A DNA stretch of 64,000 bases, taken from the NCBI RefSeq assembly GCF_009914755.1, contig NC_060931.1. One strand, written 5' to 3'. Position numbers and translations under genes: made by a program. This DNA is from the human T2T-CHM13v2.0 reference genome, Homo sapiens. The notes under the pieces are model-generated. The model had not been told where the DNA came from and did not search any database. It saw only the letters and a list, made by a program, of their open reading frames with translations. Below, piece by piece: positions 1-13,320 of the stretch (positions within the stretch are counted from its first letter, which is position 1; each line of letters starts with the position of its first letter).

Positions 1-1665
1 CCTGTCAAAAATGTAAAGAATAACAATAAATGAAGTTTTTATATTTTACTTTTAAGATTGCCTGTCTTTACTAAGACAAAGCCTTAAGCCTTATGTTATA
101 ATTTTGGTTCTAAAAATCATCATTTCAGTATGAGGAATGAGTATATTTCGTCCTCCTCTTTAGTTTTCTTCTTCCTATTTATTTTTATTTTGAGAAATTT
201 CTACACCTTCTTTGAATTCCTTGTATGAATTTTTGTTTCCTAGAAGTTAATTTGTGTGAAATGAGATTCTTCAAAACGATGAAACCTCGTAGCTCTGAGA
301 AAAGGTTTTAGGGTTTTAAATTCTAAGCAAACCATGACTATGGCTGACTGACTACACATTTAATTATACAGCTTCTCTTTCTTAACCACAGGCAGATTAA
401 CCTCATTGTGGATTGTCCTTCAGACCTTAGTCCTCAGGCATGGTTTCTGGTGCCCATTCCTGGAAGCCGCTGTTCCCTTTCTACCTTCTTACCAGAGCCC
501 AAGGGCAGGCCTGGTCTCGAGGAAGCAGCAGCTTGCTGACATGAGTCAGCTGCAAAGGCTGAGGAGTGTGCCCTCAGAGAAGCAGCGCCCCCCAGTCCTG
601 CCCCAGTGCCCAGAGCCGCAGCTCCTAGGGATGCTCCTTCCCTGGAGGCGGCCCAGGAGAGGGACTCTGGCAGCGTTCTTCAGATTTGTGACCACTGTTT
701 CTCATTTGCTGGTTGACTATTTTTATTTCTTAGGCTTTTGCTAGTTTTAGAAAATAGGAAAGCAGCCCGTGATTTGTGGATTAAAAGCAACATTTGAGCG
801 ATGATGCACAACAGTCCAGGAAAATGGGCAGTGACACTTGAGGCTGAGGATGGGAGTCGACATGAGCAGGGAGAGGGAGGTGCGCGCTGCTTATCTGTGA
901 TTGTTGCTCACCTGAGTGTGGCTGATTGTGTACATCCAGCAGCTACAATTTTTAAAAATTATATTTTTACATTTATTTTATATTTTTCTCACCCCCAGTA
1001 ATTTCCTTCCAAATAAGTTCACATGTAATAAGTAGAAATTCTGTACAGGAAAAAAGCATTAAAAATACTATTATAACTGCTTCATTTGCTGGGAACCATT
1101 ACAAGTAGTATAAATTAGCTTTTTCCAGAAGGATCCTCTTGTAGCAGGGTTTATGAATGTAACCCCCAGCAAAATGTGACTATATATTAGGAGAGCCAGT
1201 TTGGAGCAGAGGCCTGAAGGTCCCTGCTATGCAGCCGTGGCCACAGCTCACAGCACCAGTGCTGTGGAGCATCCACACCTTTGATGGCAATGCAGAGTGA
1301 TAGCAGGTTCCATAGGTGTGACAAAACAGCATTAAAGCTCAGTATTTTGCATATTTTTAGCATTTAAAAATATTTTTGCTTTAGTGTGAGGAAAGTAAGG
1401 ATGGGCAAAGAGGCGATCAAAATAGCTATTGCTATGACATTTTAGAAAACAAAGTTGGGGCCGTATTTCTTTAAAAAGATAAGCCTCTAAAAATGCTTGG
1501 CAAAAAAACTATAGTGTTAAAATAGGCCAGTGATATTAATGAGAAAATGAAAGTATATATCAGGAATAAAGTGATATTGCATAGGAGTATTGTATTTTTA
1601 TGAATTTTGTGCCAGTTGTTTACATGTACTATATATGTTAAATAAAAAAATCATGAAAAATGAGG
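1..1665 (+). pseudogene. Terminal 3' UTR-like segment of an upstream plus-strand unit, tentatively a DPY19L1-family pseudogene copy
   Basis: 1.6 kb without recognisable repeats, AT-rich, AATAAA at 1565-1570 and 1641-1646, TGTA elements upstream and a GT/T-rich tract downstream. Identity rests on recalled gene order near KBTBD2; no coding sequence is in the window. Confidence 0.45.
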
Positions 1666-2174
1666 GAAATGTTTTTCTTGATTGTTATTTTCATTTCCAC
1701 CTTGACTGTGATCAAGTTCGGCCTCGTTTTGTAGTCAGATAGCCATGAACTGGTTTGAGTCAGATGGCAGTCCTGAGAAGAGAGGGAGGGATCATAACAG
1801 TGGGGGTAGACTCTGGTCTTGTTGTTGGTAGTGGTAGGCACTGAGATTATCCGAACTTTTCCTGTATTTATGGTAGAGTCACTTACATTCCTTTATCCTT
1901 TTCATCAAGGGACACAGTAATTCATTCAAACTATATATTGGGAATAATTAAAGGGTTGCTAAAAGCTGCTTTAATGTATTTAAAAAATACGTTGGTATCA
2001 ACATTTTCTAAATTGTAGCTCAATGTTTTTACTTGATACAAACATCAACTTCTTGGTTCTTTCTCTATGTAGGAAAGACATTTCAGCTCTCTTCATTCCT
2101 GTGTAATTACTTTCTTAACACAATGACACCTTGATTCTGACATCTTTGGGGAATGAGGTGTTCTAATACAGTTT

Positions 2175-2362
2175 AAAAGTAGCTCCTCTTTTAATTAGCA
2201 GGCATCAGCATCACCTGGAAGGCCTGTAGATTGCTGGGCCCCACCACAGAGGTTTCTGTTTCAGTTGGCCTATGGTGGGGCCCCAGAACTTGGATTTCTT
2301 AACAGTTCTCAGGTGGTGTTGAGGCTGTTCGTCCAGGGACGATACTTGAGAGCCTCTGCTCT
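2175..2362. mobile_element. MER5A-like hAT-Charlie fossil
   Basis: GCATCAGCATCACCTGG...TTAACAGTTCTCAGGTG...CAGGGAC..ACTTGAGA motifs. Confidence 0.7.
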
Positions 2363-2391
2363 AATCGGTGGGTACAGACTGGCTGGATGAC

Positions 2392-2410
2392 TGGCCTCCA
2401 GGGGGCGCTC
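2392..2410 (+). promoter_or_regulatory. CTCF motif
   Basis: TGGCCTCCAGGGGGCGCTC matches the consensus TGGCCACCAGGGGGCGCTA at 17 of 19 positions. Confidence 0.65.
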
Positions 2411-3799
2411 CATTCCTCACAGCAATCCCACCAGAGCTGGTTGATGGACACTCTACCAGGAGCTGAATTTTACCACGTACCTTCTTTGCCTGTTAGGGGG
2501 CACTGCTTCAATGAAACTTGCAAGGAGCAAAGAACAGATTAGGAAATTTTTAATCGGAACACTGATATGAATTATAGATTATTTACATATTTTGAAGCTG
2601 CAAACTGCACCTCGTTTCTTTTCAGTTCAGAGATGGAAAAGGAGTGAAAATCCTTGAAATAGAACTTCCTTTTGTAGGATTACTTTGTCTAGAAGACAAT
2701 ACATAAATTCAATGATGTGTGGGGATTGCAAAAATTCATTTTCCACTTTATTACTTTTGTTTTGGCACCACAAATCCGAATCTTCTTCCTTTATTAGAAG
2801 TCAGCCAATAATCAGCGCTAGGTCACAGATTGCTTGCTTCTTTCTTCTTCCTCCTTTTTCTCCTGCCCCCAACTAGAAGTTTCTAATTTGAATCAACAAA
2901 ATTGTTCTCAATGCAGAAAAAGAGGAGCTACTTTTAAACTTCATTACATTCCTGAATTGGTCTTTATTTCACAGCATCGTTATCAGGACGAATACATTTT
3001 ACATTAGAAATTGAAAAGGATATTAAGGTACAAAAAGGTCTTGAAAACTTTCCTTTTACATTTCCTCCCGTGAGAGAGATTTTAAAATTCTGAATGAATA
3101 TATAAGAATTGAAGACTCGATTTGATTGTAGTGTAATTAAGAGATAGTTTTCTTTTTTTTCAAAGAGATTAGGATAACATTGATACTGGATCCACTTTCA
3201 AAGCAATGTTTTCTATAGTTTTCTATACTCAGTTATCTTTAACCCAAAACTCTAAATAAGTATGCACAGTGTTGTCAAAATGACTTTCAAATAAATGGTA
3301 GCACTACATGGTATTCTGCTTCATAGGCATGTTCTTTTAAATGCAGCATAATATCATTTCGTTGATTTTTTTAAGTATCTGGTGGGCCTTTTTCCTGTAG
3401 GCAAATTTAATATCTTGGCGGGGGGAGTTGAATTTTGCAGACTTCAGCTCGTTTGGTTGTTATGCTGATTACTCTGATACCCTTAGTCCTTATGCATTTC
3501 TGAAAAAATAGAAATGAAAATACGAAATGGCCACTGCTAAGTAGATTTGGCATAATGTCATGAAAACTGGGAAAGAAAGATGCCTGCAGGCCACCTCTGG
3601 CTCTGCCCCCTGCTGCTGATATCCTGCTCTTTGGCCAGGCTCCTCAAGTCTTCACTCTGGTATCCGCTTAGTGAACAGACTTCAGATTCGGAGGCCTCGC
3701 TCTTGCTCTGGAAAATTCTCTTCCCAGAAGAGTACAATTTGGTAATCCCTTGAGCCCTTTACATAGGTAACAAATTTGACCTTTTTGAACAGACTTATA

Positions 3800-3960
3800 T
3801 GGCAGTAATTCTCAAACTTATCTGCACATTAAAATTACTTGGGGAGCTTCAAAAAATCCTGAAGCCTTTTTCCCACCCCTAGAGATGTGTGGCCTGAGAT
3901 TTAGAATTTTTTTTAATCCCCAGTGATTCTAGTGCCCTAGGGCTAACATTTTAGAACTTG
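3800..3960. mobile_element. MER5-family hAT fossil
   Basis: CAGTAATTCTCAAACTT..TGCACATTAAAATTACTTGGGGAGC terminus. Confidence 0.55.
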
Positions 3961-4289
3961 CCCTCCCTACTTCACCTCTGAATAACAAGATTTCCACATC
4001 TCCACCCAGTCAAAGTAGGAATGGCAAGCGTCTGTCATGTACACTTTATTAATTGTGATTATTAATTTCTACATTATTTCTAATCATGGCACCTAGTGTT
4101 GAGTAGACTCTTCAGGAAAGAATTCTGTCTTCAGTTATGGATGCTGCCAATGGCAGGGAGAAGGGGGAGAGTGGCAGTGCAGGTGCCACATATTTGTAAA
4201 CCCTGATTAGAGTGTCAAGAAGAAATGGGAATATAGCAGCAAAAAGAAAAAATACAAATCACTTTGAAAATTTATTGTGTGAGGAATCA

Positions 4290-4595
4290 TGTGTCTTCTC
4301 TGCAGATGCTTTTTGCCCCTCCTGGAATATGCTTTTCTTAGTATGTATTTCAGATACAACTCAAATGTCACCTCTTCTGTGAGGTCTTTCCTGACTGCCT
4401 GCCATTTGGTTGAGTGCATTGCCTCCCACTGCCCACGTGCCCATAACTCCCACGCACACATTTATCAACATGACTTTTCCCCCACTCTATTGTGTTCTTC
4501 ATAAAAAGAACATGTCTTACTCCATTCTGAATCCACAGTGCCTCTTAGCACAGTTCCTGGAAAGTAGTACTGCTTAATGATGTTTTGAAATAAAC
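4290..4595 (+). mobile_element. L2 3' fragment
   Basis: CTCAAATGTCACCTCTTCTGTGAGGTCTTTCCTGAC and CTTAGCACAGTTCCTGG motifs. Confidence 0.7.
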
Positions 4596-5435
4596 CATAC
4601 TTTATTCAACAATGCAGTAAATTGCAGATGGCAATAAAAGTTGTTTTTAGGACTAAAAGACAGTTTATGTTTTCCAGCCATGGAAAAGAAATAACAAGGA
4701 AATGCAGGACATCATCAGATGAGGTAAATATCATAGGGGAAAATATCCGTGTCAAACAGCTAAACAATAATTAACCTCATAGCATATCCTTGGTAGGTAC
4801 TTTCAGACATGGCTAGTGACCATATGAATTTATTGGAAGGCAATATGATAAAGACACATACATCTGTCCAGGGGCGGGACTCATTGACTGATTTCAGTGT
4901 GTGGCTCAGGATACTGTGGTGACCAGCCATAGACACATTTGCTGCTGAACAGGGAGCAAGGAACTCTGGTAATTTGATTAAAAGTCTGGGAAGAGGGATT
5001 TTCCAAAGGATGAGAAGGGACTGATGTGTTATTATTGGGTGTAGATATTAGGGAAAACAGATGACAACAGTTGCACAATTAATATTGTCATAATAGAGAC
5101 AACTACGCTGGAATCCATAATCCATCCTTTACAAACTTAGTGAAATAGGGCATGTTTCTTGAACATCAGTTTCTTTTAAAAGAATATGGCTTTTAGGATA
5201 GTAATTAGAAACAAGAAATAGACAAAGGAACAATCACAGCAGGAAATTTTAATATACCTCTCCTTAGAAATTGAGATAATAAGCAAAAAGATCAGTAAGG
5301 AAATGCATGATTTGAGTAATAAAAGCAACTTGATTTAACAGTCATATGTAGAACTGCACCCAACAAGTGAAGAGTATACATTCTATTCAGGTATATGGGA
5401 CATTTCCAAGAATTGACAGTAGAACATGAGCTCCT

Positions 5436-5722
5436 GACCAGGCACAGTGGCTCATGCCTCTAATCCTAGCACTTTGGGAGGCAGAGGCAGGCAGATCTCT
5501 TGAGCCCAGGAGTTTGAGACCAACCAGGGCAACATGACAAAACCCTGTCTCTACAAAAAATTAGCCAGGGTGGTATGTGCCTGTATTGCCAGCTACTTGG
5601 GAAGTTGAGGTGAGAGGATCACTTGAGCCCAGGAGGTTGAGGCTGCAATGAGCCATGATTGTACCACTGCACTATGGCCTGGGTGACAGAGTGAGACCCC
5701 TGCCTCCAAAAAAAACAAAAAA
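5436..5722 (+). mobile_element. Alu (J-like)
   Basis: Dimer with A tail; TSD GAACATGAGCTCC at 5422-5434 and 5726-5738. Confidence 0.95.
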
Positions 5723-6203
5723 CTTGAACATGAGCTCCAAGAAAGCATGACTTTTTGGCCTATTTTGTTTACAGATGTAACCTAAGCATCTAGAACAGTA
5801 CCTGACACATGTGGGTGCCCAATATTTGTTAAAGGAAAGAATTGATCATACCTGGAGCCAAATGGCAATTCTTTGGGGGGGAAAAAACAATCTTAAGGAT
5901 TGAAAATCCTTTAGTTGGAAATCAGCACAAATGAAACAGTTTTAAATATTAATTCATAATTTATGATGAAAATTTGAGAAAAAATAGAACAATTATATGC
6001 TACAAATTGTGTGTGGAATATGACTAAAGCAGTTCTAGAGTTTTTTTTTTGGCCTTTAGCCTAAAATGCATTCATTAAGCCAAAAATCAATAAATATCTG
6101 TATCAGGAATATAAATAACAGAATAGTTCCCCCACCCCAATTTGAAGGGAATAATGAGCAGAAATTGATGAAACAGAAAACAGATCAACAAAGTCAAAGT
6201 TGG

Positions 6204-6549
6204 TGTATTAGTCCTTTTTCACACTGCTGATAAAGACATACTTGAGACTGCGCAATTTACAAAAGAGGTATAATGGACTTAAGTTCCACATGGCTGGGGA
6301 GGCCTCACAATCATGGCCGAAGGCAAGGAGGAGGAAGTCACATCTTACGTGGATGTCAGCAGACAGAGAGCTTGTGCAGGGAAACTCCACCTTATAAAAC
6401 CATCAGATCTCATGAGACTTATTCACTATCACGAGAACAGCATGGGAAAGACCTGCCTCCATGATTCAATTACTGCCCACCAGGGTCCCTCTCACAACAT
6501 GTGGGAATTCAAGATGAGATTTGGGTGAGGACACAGCCAAACCATATCA
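6204..6549 (-). mobile_element. THE1-family solo LTR (ERVL-MaLR)
   Basis: TG...CA termini (TGTATTAGTC...CCAAACCATATCA) with exact 5-bp TSD GTTGG. Confidence 0.93.
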
Positions 6550-8329
6550 GTTGGTTATTTGAAACCTTAATCAGGAGATAAGAGAGAAGGTGTAAAAGAT
6601 AAGGAATGGCAAATTACAGAAGCTGCAGAGAGTAAACAGGTAATGGGGATATTATAAACAAACTTTGTCAACAAATTTGGACACTTTGATAAAATGTCTA
6701 AATTTCTAGAAAAAACAGAGCTGAACCAAGAAGAAATAGAAATTAGAAATAACAGTCATCCCCCAGAAAGAAGTTGGATTAACAACTTTTTAAAATCTTC
6801 CCTTGAAGAAAACAACATATCCAGTGTTATAAGCTATTCCTACCAAACATTCAAGATATGGATTATTCCAGTCTTACACAAACATCCAAAAAATAGCAAA
6901 TAAACTCAGTTCTTTAGATGACTGCAACATTAATACCAAGAGCACAGTAGGGTCAATGCAATAAAGGAAAATTGCATGTCTATTGCAATCATTAATAAAA
7001 ATGTAAACAAGAACCTAGCAATAAAGTTAACAAGATATAAAAATATCAGTTCTCAAATTTATCTAAAGTTTTAATCAAAATTTCAGTAAGACTTTTTATG
7101 GAGCCCGACAAACAATGTAAAATTTTTATAGGTAAAGAATAATCAAGATAAGTCAGAAGAACATAAGATAAGGGCATTTTTCCTATAAGATGTCAAGGTT
7201 TATTACAAGACCTGTAGAAGTATTGGCACAGGAATATTTTAAAAATTGACTAATAGAGCAGAATAGATGGCTTGGGAGCAAGTGTGCATACATTTAATAA
7301 ATGAGGCTGTGATAATTGATTATCCATATCAAAAACAATGGTATTGAGTCCCTACTTCACATTATACACAAAAATAAAACTCCCCAGATGAATCAAATAT
7401 CTAAACATGAAAAGCAATATTGTAAAACTTAGAAGACAATATAGGATAATATCTTTACCTTCTCAAGGAGATTTCCTTAAAGAAGGACTTCCTGAGACCC
7501 AAAAAACACTACCTGTAAAAGATCAATAAATTCACTGTTATGGTTAATAACTTCTGTTCACTACAAGATATCAAAAAGAGAATGAGGTAAGCCACGATGC
7601 ATTCAAGATATTTGCAACTTGAGTACCTGACAAAAGATTAGAGAATAGAGAACTGCAAACAGTAAGAAAATGCAAAGAATCCTTTAGAAAAACTCCAAAG
7701 ACACGGACATTTCACCAAAAAAGAAATACAAACAGCTCATAAACATTAAAAAAAAACCCAACCTATTCATAATTAGGGAAATGCAAAATGAAACAATATT
7801 TATAATTTATAACATTGGCAAAATTTTTAAGTATTGAGAAACGTGGAACATCATGAACTCTCCTTTACTCCCAGTGGAGGGTAACTACTTTGGAAATAAA
7901 TGGCATTACCTAATAAATACAACCCAGCATCTCCACTCCTTAGATACATACCCCAGAAAAATTCCTACGTGTATGCACCAGGAGCATGTTTAACATGCTC
8001 ACAGCTGCATTGTTCAAAAAAGCAGAAAACCCAGAAATCACTTGAATGTGTGTCTGGAGTAAATAGTAGAGAGGATAAAGACATTGAGTATAATCATCCA
8101 GTATGATCCTATCAAATATGTAAAATGGTAAAATAGCAATAGGCAACAGCATGGATGACTCAGGAAGATGTTGAGCAAAAATATGTGTATATAATTTGCA
8201 GAAAAATACATGTGATGTGAGTTCGTTTATAGTGTCTTATTTATGAGGCCAGCAGTGGCTATGTAGGATAATAAAACCACAGATTATTAGAAGAAAGTGT
8301 TTGCTGACAAAATTGAAGCCAATATCTTC

Positions 8330-8630
8330 TTTTTTACAAATGAAGAAACTGAGGCTCTGGGAGGGGAAGAGATTTTCCCAAGCTCACACTAATATTTAGT
8401 AGTACAGCTGAAATTAAAAAATTGGTCCCTGGGTCCTAACCAAGAAACCGCATTCACCATGGGCTTGGGGATATACTGAATCTGCTCAACACTTAGCTGT
8501 GTGAACCAGCACAAGTCAATTACGTTCTTGAAATCACATTGCCTCCTGAGTGAAATGTGTACAAGAAATAATGAGAATCTCATATGGCTGTTAGGACATT
8601 TGCATTGAAGTACTGTATGCAAAAGTTTAT
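8330..8630. mobile_element. MIR fragments
   Basis: TTTTACAAATGAAGAAACTGAGGCT and CACTTAGCTGTGTGA cores. Confidence 0.65.
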
Positions 8631-9539
8631 AGTCCAAATGTAATGAATCCTGGTTCTTTACATCCTACCCATGATAGCAGCAGACGGGGAGGAGGCTGAA
8701 ATGGTATGGTGTCATCAGCCGAACACACACCCAGGCAGGAAAGCACCATACTCCAATGACAGATAAAGAGCCCAGGACTTCTCTGGGTATGCTTACACAC
8801 AGGAGGGCATATAGGTGTTTCTAGTTAAGTGTCTTTATGCCCCTTGACTTTTGCTTTTGATACTCATGCTGAATTTATTTCTGGTTCCAGATGACTAGAC
8901 ATTCACTTTGCAAATAATTGTTGTGGCTCTATGTTTGCTCCAGACACAGAGCTTTTATTATCACCCAAAGACCCCTATGGGAACCAAAAGAATCAAGCTG
9001 AACCAAGATTTCTGCCAGAATCAGTTTCCTGAAGCCAGGAGGCTTTATCATGTTGTGCAAAGGACTTTTTTTTTTTTTTTTTAAGAAAAACAGACTCCTT
9101 TATTGATTTCTCCCTTTACCCCGCCTCTCCTTGCCCCTTATTTTGCCCTGACTTTGGGATCTCACCCTGCGTGGAAAAGGATTGGAGGGCATTCCTACTT
9201 TAGGGGGCAATATGTGACTCCATCTCTCAGCTCTGACTCAGGACCTTTGGCTTGGCCCTAAGCAGAGGTGTGGGAGGCTGGGGCTCTCTGATGCCCACAC
9301 AGGGTCATTGGGAGGTTGGCTGAAGGATACCAAGCAGATTGCTGCCCCAAAATATGACTCCCTTGCCTATCCAGGTGTCTATAAACCCATCATTAGAAAG
9401 ACAGTCTTTAAGACTCATTTCCAGTACTTCTGAAAAAGAAAGCAAATTCTCCTGAAAGCATAACACACTAAGCCCCTCTCAATCAGCAGTAGAGAGAGGC
9501 TGGGCCAACGGAAAGGTCAAAGTCATGAGCCAGGTGCAC

Positions 9540-9660
9540 CCAGCTTCTAATTCTAGCTTGGCCATTTACTATCTGAAATCCTGAACTTCTGCGAGCCTCA
9601 GTTTCCTCATCGGAACGTATGGAATCAATACTACTTAGCTTGCAGTGTTGTTGTGAGAGG
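9540..9660 (+). mobile_element. MIR
   Basis: GAGCCTCAGTTTCCTCATC core. Confidence 0.7.
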
Positions 9661-10702
9661 CAGCGACAAGAAACCCAATGCAATGCTCAACACTCACATC
9701 AATGGGATCCTATACATAGACACCATTATTGTCAACACCTTTGTGGAAAGCCTCCCCTTAAGGAGGCTGAATGGAGAAGGCACAGCATTCTTCTTAATAG
9801 ATGTCCACTTTGATGTGGGTCTAATGTTAGGGGGTGATGTCAGGACTCTGGACACACTGCATTCTGAAGCAGCAAACAGGCAGCAAAAAGATAGTTGAGC
9901 CAATGGGACAGGAGCAGCCTCTGTCCTGGCCAAGAACTGTCACTCAGCTCTCCACAAACCAGGAGCACTATCCCACCCAGGATGACTTCTGGGCAAGGCA
10001 AGGCCTCCACGGGTCCCCAGAGGAACACGTGGCATATGTGAGACTCGAGTCAGACTGGAGTGCATGTTAAGGCAGGGAAGAGGAGTGATGTGAAAGGAAA
10101 GGGTTGACAGGTAGAGCCTTCAATAAGATGTGGCATGCCTTCACTGGAGAAGCCAGGAGGATTTCTGACTACCATCTCACAGGAAGAGAATGTAGACCAA
10201 GGACCATGAAGGGAACTTTGTAGGATTATGGAAACTTCATCATGTCCTTCTGATGTATTTCTGTGCTTTGCTGAAGGGTTCAGTGATTTGCCCAAAGTTA
10301 TTCGAATCACCCCATAAGGGGCAGAAGCATGTCTCAAACCCTCTGGTGGAGCTTTCATCTCTTGGGGAGAGAAAATCTAGGTTTCATTTGAAGAACTGCC
10401 ATTTAGACTGCTTGGCTGGGGAAGAACAAGACAGTACTCAGCTGAACAGCTTGCTGAGGAATATGGGCTGGGAGAAGAGCTTGGAAAAATGCGTGGCAGC
10501 CTGATGTCACCTATGAGGGTCAAGAGGTGAGCAGGGCAGCGGGGCTGAAACACTGAGAAGAGAGCAGCCCAGACTCAGACTCCTCAGACTGGGAACCAGG
10601 GGAGACTAAAAATCAGGGAAGAATGGGAAACTGGCCAGAGAGGAAATGCTGTTTACATCCAGGCCGGAGTTTCAGGCCTGGGAAGGCAAAGAAGCCCTAG
10701 GG

Positions 10703-10916
10703 CAGTGGAATCCAATAGACCTTTCTGCAACAATGGCAGCGTTCTACAACTGTGCTGTCAGTAAAGTGGGCACAAGCCACAAGTTCTTATCAAACCCTTG
10801 AAATGTGGCTAGTGTGATCGAGAAATACTTTTAATTTTATTTAAATTCAATTAATTTAAATTTAAGTTTAAATAGCCACATGTGGCTAGTGGCTACCACA
10901 TGGGACAGTACAGCCC
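10703..10916. mobile_element. MER3-like hAT MITE
   Basis: CCAATAGACCTTTCTGC...TTGAAATGTGGCTAGTG...AAATAGCCACATGTGGCTAGTGGCTACC. Confidence 0.8.
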
Positions 10917-11619
10917 TAAAGAGTCAGGCTGTTTAAATTTTGCAACAGCAGAGGACCCTTGAATTGATTATATTTGATAGAGTAAGGGTGGACAGCTCCT
11001 GAGACTCAAGTTCAGGCAGGGAGGTCTGGACCAATTGAGATGGACGTCTGTGCTGGAAATTCTAAGAACTGACCCACATTAGCTGGAGAAAGAAGCCATT
11101 GTTCCCTCCCATGCCTCCCTGCTTCAGCCTTTGCTTTCACTGAAGACTTGGCACTTGGCATCTCTCACTCATTGGTCAGGTGACAGGTGTTACCTGCCCA
11201 GTAACTAGTCCTTACCCCCTCTTCCTTCCACTCAGCTGGGAATCCTCCTCTGTGCTCCCCTAGCACCTGCAATGCCTCACTTCTAGTCCCCTCTTTATTT
11301 ATCTGCTTGACTAGCTCTACGCTGCACATAGCAGGTCCTCAGTGAGAGTTTACTTAGGGCTGACAGGGGTCACATGATAGAGCATCACATTCTTGCTATA
11401 TGACCTCAGGCAAATTAACTTTTGAGCTAGCTGGGGAATATTCTTCATGACAGAACTAGTAGGACTTCGTTTCACATCTGTGTTCCAATTTAACATACTC
11501 AGATTGAGCACCTGCTGCATGTCAGGCACCAGGCATTATAGAATGAGTAAATCAGACTCCCTACCATCAAGGAGATCCACAGTTAAGTTCAAGGACATAC
11601 AAGTTTTATCAAAAGCAGA

Positions 11620-11810
11620 CTGGTTAAGAGCACGTGTCTTGGAGTGGGTCCGAGCAGGGTAGGCAGCCTGGCTTTGCCATGCTCTAGAGGCAAAGGCTGA
11701 GTGATCTTAGGTGATGAATTCACTTTCTCAAGTTCTGTTTCTGTGTCTGTAAAATAGCATCATGATTCTGTCCGGCCCAGGTGTGAGGTTTAAATGAGAT
11801 CTTATTTTTC
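11620..11810 (+). mobile_element. MIR
   Basis: TGGTTAAGAGCAC...GTGATCTTAGG...TCTGTAAAAT. Confidence 0.55.
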
Positions 11811-13214
11811 TTACCAAGTTACTGCCAGCTCTCAGTGCTTAATCTTCCATTTAATATAACAATAAAAACAGCTGGGGATCCTGACACAGGTGCACGGCTC
11901 ACTCTTGCTGGCCTTTGATCACAGCAGCAGCATCTTTCCTATGGCTGTTCTCTCCTCCTCACCCTGCACCGCAGGCAGCCTGTTTTCCTTTAAGCCCTCC
12001 AAACACTGCCAACTCAAGACGCAGCATGTCACAGACTTGCACTGAGGTTTGGGACAACTGGAAGCACTGGGTCACAGTTACTGCCATCATGTTGTCATTT
12101 CTGCCACAAGGAATTTCTTGCTGACTATGCTTCTTCCCGGGCCCCTGCCCACTGCCCTTCTGTGGGGCACTGTCTCTTGCTCCCCCTCGCTTTCATTCCT
12201 CCACTGCTCAAGAGACCCCACCCCCACTTCCAGTCACTGGAAGCCACTTCTGGCCAAATCCTAGATTCCTCTGCATTATGCAGGACAATTTATTTCCTTT
12301 TTGTCTTACTTTCTTATCTAGGTTATCTGTTCCTAGGAGGCTTCCTGTTCATAATCAAATGTGTCAATTCAGTTGTTTTTCCCAGTCAGAAAATCAGAAC
12401 TCTTTTTAAAGATTGATTCACTGACCATCAAGCTTAAGTAGCAGGCAGCTTCAGAAAATAACATTTCCTCACCCCCTTCCCTTTCCTTAATCCCAAAGCC
12501 AGGAACAAATGAGCAAATCTGTGGGCTGGGTGGGTCTGATTACTAACCATTTTTAATACTGCAAACCCCTGGGGTTTTCTTTTTGTGCATTTCTTACCAG
12601 GTGCCATCCGGAATCATTTCTTACTGTTCCTCTTTGCTTTTCATTGAGAATAGAAATAATTCACCCACACATATGGAGATAAAATAGTCTTTTGGAGGGG
12701 AGAGGGGAGAAAGTGAATCTTCTGTCAAAATAGTCTGGGCCCCACATCTGCCCCTTTCACTCAGCCTTTGCTGAAAGTGGGCCTGGCTGGGTGGGGTAGC
12801 CGGGGGCTCTGCTCAGCGCAGCGTCTGTCACTCCCAGCAGAGCCAGGGCTGTCTTCAGAGCTGGAGCAGAGAAGTGACTAAGTGATGACAGAGAAATAGC
12901 TGCCAATTCCAAGTAGAACTGCCACCTCTGAGGAGGCACAGCATTGTCTTTTCAGATGGCATTTTCACAATGAGCTAGCTGCAGAGCCTGAGGACCCGAT
13001 TGGATTCTTGTCCAAATGCCCAGGCATCCACTAATTCACAGAGTTGCAGAGTTTTACGCTAGGAAGAAACAATCAAACTTGATAGTGAAGGGCAAAGTTG
13101 TAGGCCGTGAGCTTGATTTGGAGAGATAGAAAATTCCTAATGAAAATTTAAAGAATACCAAGATTTCTGGGTGAATGCTGAGGAAAGAAGAGTAGTCTTA
13201 TTCTAGAGACTTCA

Positions 13215-13320
13215 GTATTAGCTGCTGCTCTGACACTAACATCCTGTGTGATCTTGGACAAGTTCCTTACTTCTCTGGGCTTAAGTTTTCTCTCTTATAA
13301 AGTGAGGACATAGGATGAGA
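13215..13320 (+). mobile_element. MIR
   Basis: CTGTGTGATCTTGGACAAGTTCCTTACTTCTCTGGGCTTAAGTTTTC. Confidence 0.7.

Larger units (their letters stand above)
5200..8235 (+). mobile_element. Ancient L1M ORF2 and 3' end, interrupted by Alu, a short L2-like piece and THE1
   Basis: A-rich degenerate ORF2 motifs (AACCAAGAAGAAATAGAAA, CCCTACTTCACATTATACACAAAAAT, GGACATTTCACCAAA, ATTAGGGAAATGCAAA). Confidence 0.75.

Noticed and set aside
406-744. 112-aa ORF
   Set aside because: GTG start, no domain or exon structure, lies in UTR-like sequence.
6694-6903. 69-aa ORF with ELNQEEIE motif
   Set aside because: Decayed L1 ORF2 fragment, not a functional gene.
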